Below, piece after piece: positions 60,268 through 64,000 of a stretch of DNA of 64,000 nt. Both the position numbers and the translations under genes were made by a program. Origin of the DNA: Psammoneis japonica (lineage: Eukaryota); assembly GCA_008632985.1 (NCBI GenBank), contig QPGO01000014.1, positions 634,289-698,288 on the forward strand, read 5' to 3'. Under the pieces are notes generated by a model that ran no database searches, was not told the DNA's origin, and saw only the letters and a program-made list of their open reading frames with translations. Each line of letters starts with the position of its first letter. Position 1 is the stretch's first letter.

Positions 60268-63200
60268 ATGATACCTGAAACGAGCGATGGTGTTTGCTGG
60301 ACGCTTGTTTTGCCACCCGGTGTCATCAAGAAAGAAAATGTCGCGTCGCCCGCCGTGACACTTACCGAAAGGACTTTAGTACAGCTGTGTGGAAGTCATA
60401 CGCATGGAACCCGATAACGACAGCTTCTACTTTACAGATGAGGGTGCAGATTCACCAACGAATACAATACAACAAAAAGCAGACGCTGAAAAGGTGTCCT
60501 TACTGGATCCGTCAATGACCCCAAGTGCGACGAGTACTTCTTCTTCTTCCGACATTGAGAGTGCTCATGGCTGGAGTTTTCTAGGACCGACAAATAGTAA
60601 TCAATGGTCCATTCATTCCTCGAGTTTGTTGGAAGTCACGTTTCGACCAGCTTGGCAGCTGTTGCCAGAATACACTCGAATAAATGCCGTCCGAGACAAG
60701 GTGGGAGGTGGTTGTTGCCACAGCAAGGCGTGTGGTCAACGACGCGTCGATTTTGTCACGGACCTGTATCGTACAAGTGACATTGAATGTGTAGAAGAAG
60801 TCGAGGGCATGTGGATTCGTGGAGTTGGTGAATGTAGAGGCTTGCGCCTGCATCTCAAAGCCCGAGCTTTGGAAGAGACAATCACCGACGCCGACGGAGG
60901 CCTTGCAAGTTGCTCTGGAACGACAGTGGAACATAAAAGCAACAAGACAGCTTATACCCGTTTTACTCAGGACCGAGACTCTTTACCCCAGCCTCCATGG
61001 AAACAAACAGAATCGACGAAGCAATCCGGGCCTATCTTAACTTTTGCCATGCCTCTACAGGATCAAGATCATCACACATGGGACCTGTGCCACTCTTATA
61101 TAAGGTGGAGTTGCCACCGAATAAGCATATTGCGGTTGAGACCATTACCATTATGGATGGTGTCCTCGATACGAGCAGTGGTGATAAAAGTTCAAGCTTT
61201 GAGCCCTCGCATGTCTATGTGAACGGTTATCAAAGCTGGTCTTTCTGCGGAAGTGTTGCCAAAGGTGAACCGCAACCAATGAGCGCTATGCCCAATGTGT
61301 TTTCAGCTGCCTTTAACAGAGGTGGAGCACCCCCGCCCGCCACTGCTACCGACATACTAGCTACAAATGAAGCTGTCGACAACAACACGAATCTACGCAA
61401 CGGGTCAGCTTCCCATCCTTCTCAAATAAGCTACACTTCTCAGTTCTTCTCCTGTATCACATCAGATGCTTGCAAAAGCAACGGTACGGAAATCAATGCT
61501 GGTCCCCTCATGGATGAAGACGGTGGCCCTGCTGTTGTTATGGGATGGCTCTCTCAGCACTATCAGTTTGGGGTCGTTACGGCGGATGCTGACCTGAGAC
61601 ACGTCGCCATGCACGCTTCGGCCGAAGGAGGACAGCTATGGAAACGCGGTGGTTGTACGGACTGGGGCTTTATGCAGTTGCTATCAGAGAGGGACTATGT
61701 AGAAGAACCCATGGTTGACTTTCTTCATGCTGTTGCTGCATTTAATCAAGCCAAACCCTTGCAGAACGGTTCGCTGCTGACGGGATGGTGTTCCTGGTAT
61801 CATTACTACGAAAACATCAGCGAGTCCAACTTGCGAGACAACTTTCAACGACTAAAGGGTCTAGCAACACAAAAGGTTCTTGCCACCAATGTTTCCATTG
61901 TGGATGACGGGTACATGACCGCGTGGGGTGACTGGGATTCCTTAAAGCCAGAAGCCTTTTCCCATGGCTTGGATGTCGTGTCAAAGGATATTGTTGACAA
62001 TGACATGAGACCTGGCCTATGGCTTGCTCCCTTTGCATGTGACAAGCACTCCAAGCTTGCTCGTGAGCATCCGGAATGGATCATTTGCAACGACCAAGGC
62101 CGCTACGCGAATTCGTCCAACTGTGGAAAGTTCTTTTACGGATTGGACGCCTCAAATCCCGAGGTTCACGACTACGTCAAGACTTGCATTCGTCGTGCGG
62201 TAAAGGACTGGGGCTACACTGTATTGAAAATTGATTTCTTGTACAGCGCATGCTTATCCGGCAATGGTAAATACGATTTGTCCATTAGTCGCGCCGAAGC
62301 CATGCGCATGGCTTTGGAAACGGTACGGCATGCTGCTGGACGCAACACATTCTTGATTGGATGTGGGTGTCCCATTGGCACAGCCGTGGGCTACATTGAT
62401 GGAATGCGCGTTTCGGCAGACACTGGACCGACATGGTATCCCGCCTTTCCTTTCCCCAAGAACGATCACGGGACACTGCCTGCTTTGAAGAGCATGCTTA
62501 GGAATTCCATGTCAAGAGTATCCTTAGGACATCGATGGTGGCACAACGACCCGGACTGTCTCCTTTTTGGTAACAGCACCAAGTTGACGGACACAGAGGT
62601 AACAAGTGCTGCGTCGGTAGTAGCCATGACGTGCGGTATGTTACTCCTATCGGACGACTTGACAAAGCTTACAGCTGAACGCCAACGTATTCTGAGCAAA
62701 ATCTATCCCTTGACGGGCGCCACAGCCATCCCGCTAGACCTGCATAGCACCAACAACAAGGGAATGCCGTCTCTCCTAAGATTGTGGTGTACGGACCGCT
62801 ACGACTTGACATTTGATGAAGAAGTACACGGCAGTCTCATTGAATCGTTTAACGTCTCCGAGCGAGATCACAATGCTGCTGCAACCTTCTTTGGGAGGCG
62901 TGCCTCATTTCACGCCGACGAGCCTTGGCCGGTACCGAACGAGAGGAAGCGCAATTGCATCTGCGTTGCTTCGGGCATGGGTACATGGACGGTGCTATCA
63001 TTAACGAATAGCCATGATGTACCAAGAATCATGAAGGCCCCTTTATCTTCCCTGCATCCACCGCCAGAGACGGGGTGGGAAGAGGTGTCATATGATGAAA
63101 TCGAGCCAACGAAATCTCAGAAACGAAGCACCCACGGCTACCACGTGTTTGCCTTTTGGTCGTCGACCTATACCTGGATTCCAGATCAAGATGATCCTGC

Positions 63201-63618
63201 TACACAGCACACTGGGTGGAGCAAGCTTATTGACGCGCACGCGACGGAGATTATTCATATTCGGCCCGTGTCGCTCAACATGCCTCAATACGTGGGTAGC
63301 GATTTACACTTTTCCTGTGGATTTGAGGTGAATTCCTTCGAATCAACGGTATCCAGTGTCAACCTGTCGTTGAAGAATGACTGGCATCGAAAGGGGTCCA
63401 TCTTTTTGTATCTCCCACGTCAAGACGTCAGCTCTATTTCCGTGACTGTCAATGGTGTTCCGATTGATCGCAAGGTCGGGGGCTGGGATGTCGTGGCCAA
63501 CACTCCGCGTCATCACGATGTACCTCCACCAACTTGCCTTGGACGTATCATTTCAGTATTTGTTGTGATTCACGCAGATCAATCAGAACATGATGGCCAA
63601 GTAATTGTTAAATTCTAG
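60268..63618 (+). CDS. GH36 alpha-galactosidase (melibiase-like); 5' region frameshifted, start uncertain
   Basis: GWCSWYHYY, VDDGY, GDW, PGLWLAPF, LKIDFLY, LIGCG, MRVSADT, WWHNDPDCL in ORF 60997-63618. Upstream frames (from 60268 and 60389) appear to continue the coding sequence. Confidence 0.85.
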
Positions 63619-63628
63619 AGAAAGCTTT

Positions 63629-64000
63629 TTAAAAATCTGACATGTCCGCTGTGCCGAGCCGATAAGCGTGTTCCTTCTTCCTCTCAACACTACTGTATTT
63701 CCTAGCCAGCACCATATCTTCAATTCCCACGATCTACACCGTCCCAACGATATCCTGGCCGGATACCAAATGGGTTTGGCTTCGGTGGAGGTCCCTTGTA
63801 TCTCGGTTTCAGAGGAGCCGCCGGTCCACCGCCTCCTGTCTTGCGTGCAGACGCTTTCTGTTGCTTCTTGTACGCACATGCAGCCATGGGATCTTCTGCT
63901 CGAATCTCGTGCTTTCTCTCATATCTTCTAGGCCTAATAAGCCCGACGTGCAAAGGACTCTGTTTGCATTTGACTCACATGTTCTTGTTGCAGTCGTCGT
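63629..64000 (-). CDS. BUD13: C-terminus of pre-mRNA splicing factor BUD13/CWC26 (truncated by window edge; frameshift near 63722)
   Basis: DPMA...YKGPPPKPNPFGIRPGYRWDGVDRGN is the BUD13 signature. A shifted frame continues EDMVLARK...AYRLGTADMSDF*. Confidence 0.85.

Overview
Eukaryotic genomic DNA, most likely from a pennate diatom (short GT-AG introns, diatom-type retroelement motifs and gene set). About two thirds of the window is transposon or repeat-derived: a decayed MULE, a complete Ngaro-type tyrosine-recombinase retrotransposon with split direct repeats, a CRE-like non-LTR fragment, a ~14 kb Helitron-like block, a piggyBac-type MITE and unclassified relics. The rest is host genes: a bilin reductase, a CHAD-exopolyphosphatase fusion, a PqiA-domain membrane protein, an ApbE-fumarate reductase-b5 reductase fusion, an AspH-sulfotransferase, a GH36 alpha-galactosidase and the 3' end of BUD13. 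Two signals stand out. (1) Repeat-derived DNA has lost almost all TpA dinucleotides by TA->TG/CA transitions, turning Tyr into Cys or His (including both predicted catalytic Tyr of the Helitron Rep and one copy of a TTAA target duplication), while adjacent host genes are untouched. This looks like a repeat-targeted hypermutation running opposite to fungal RIP. (2) The Helitron block carries a cassette of chromatin/DNA-modifying genes: a SET domain, a TET/JBP-like 2OG-Fe(II) dioxygenase and a DOT1-like methyltransferase. All calls come from reading motifs by eye; no searches were run, counts are hand counts and many element boundaries are approximate.
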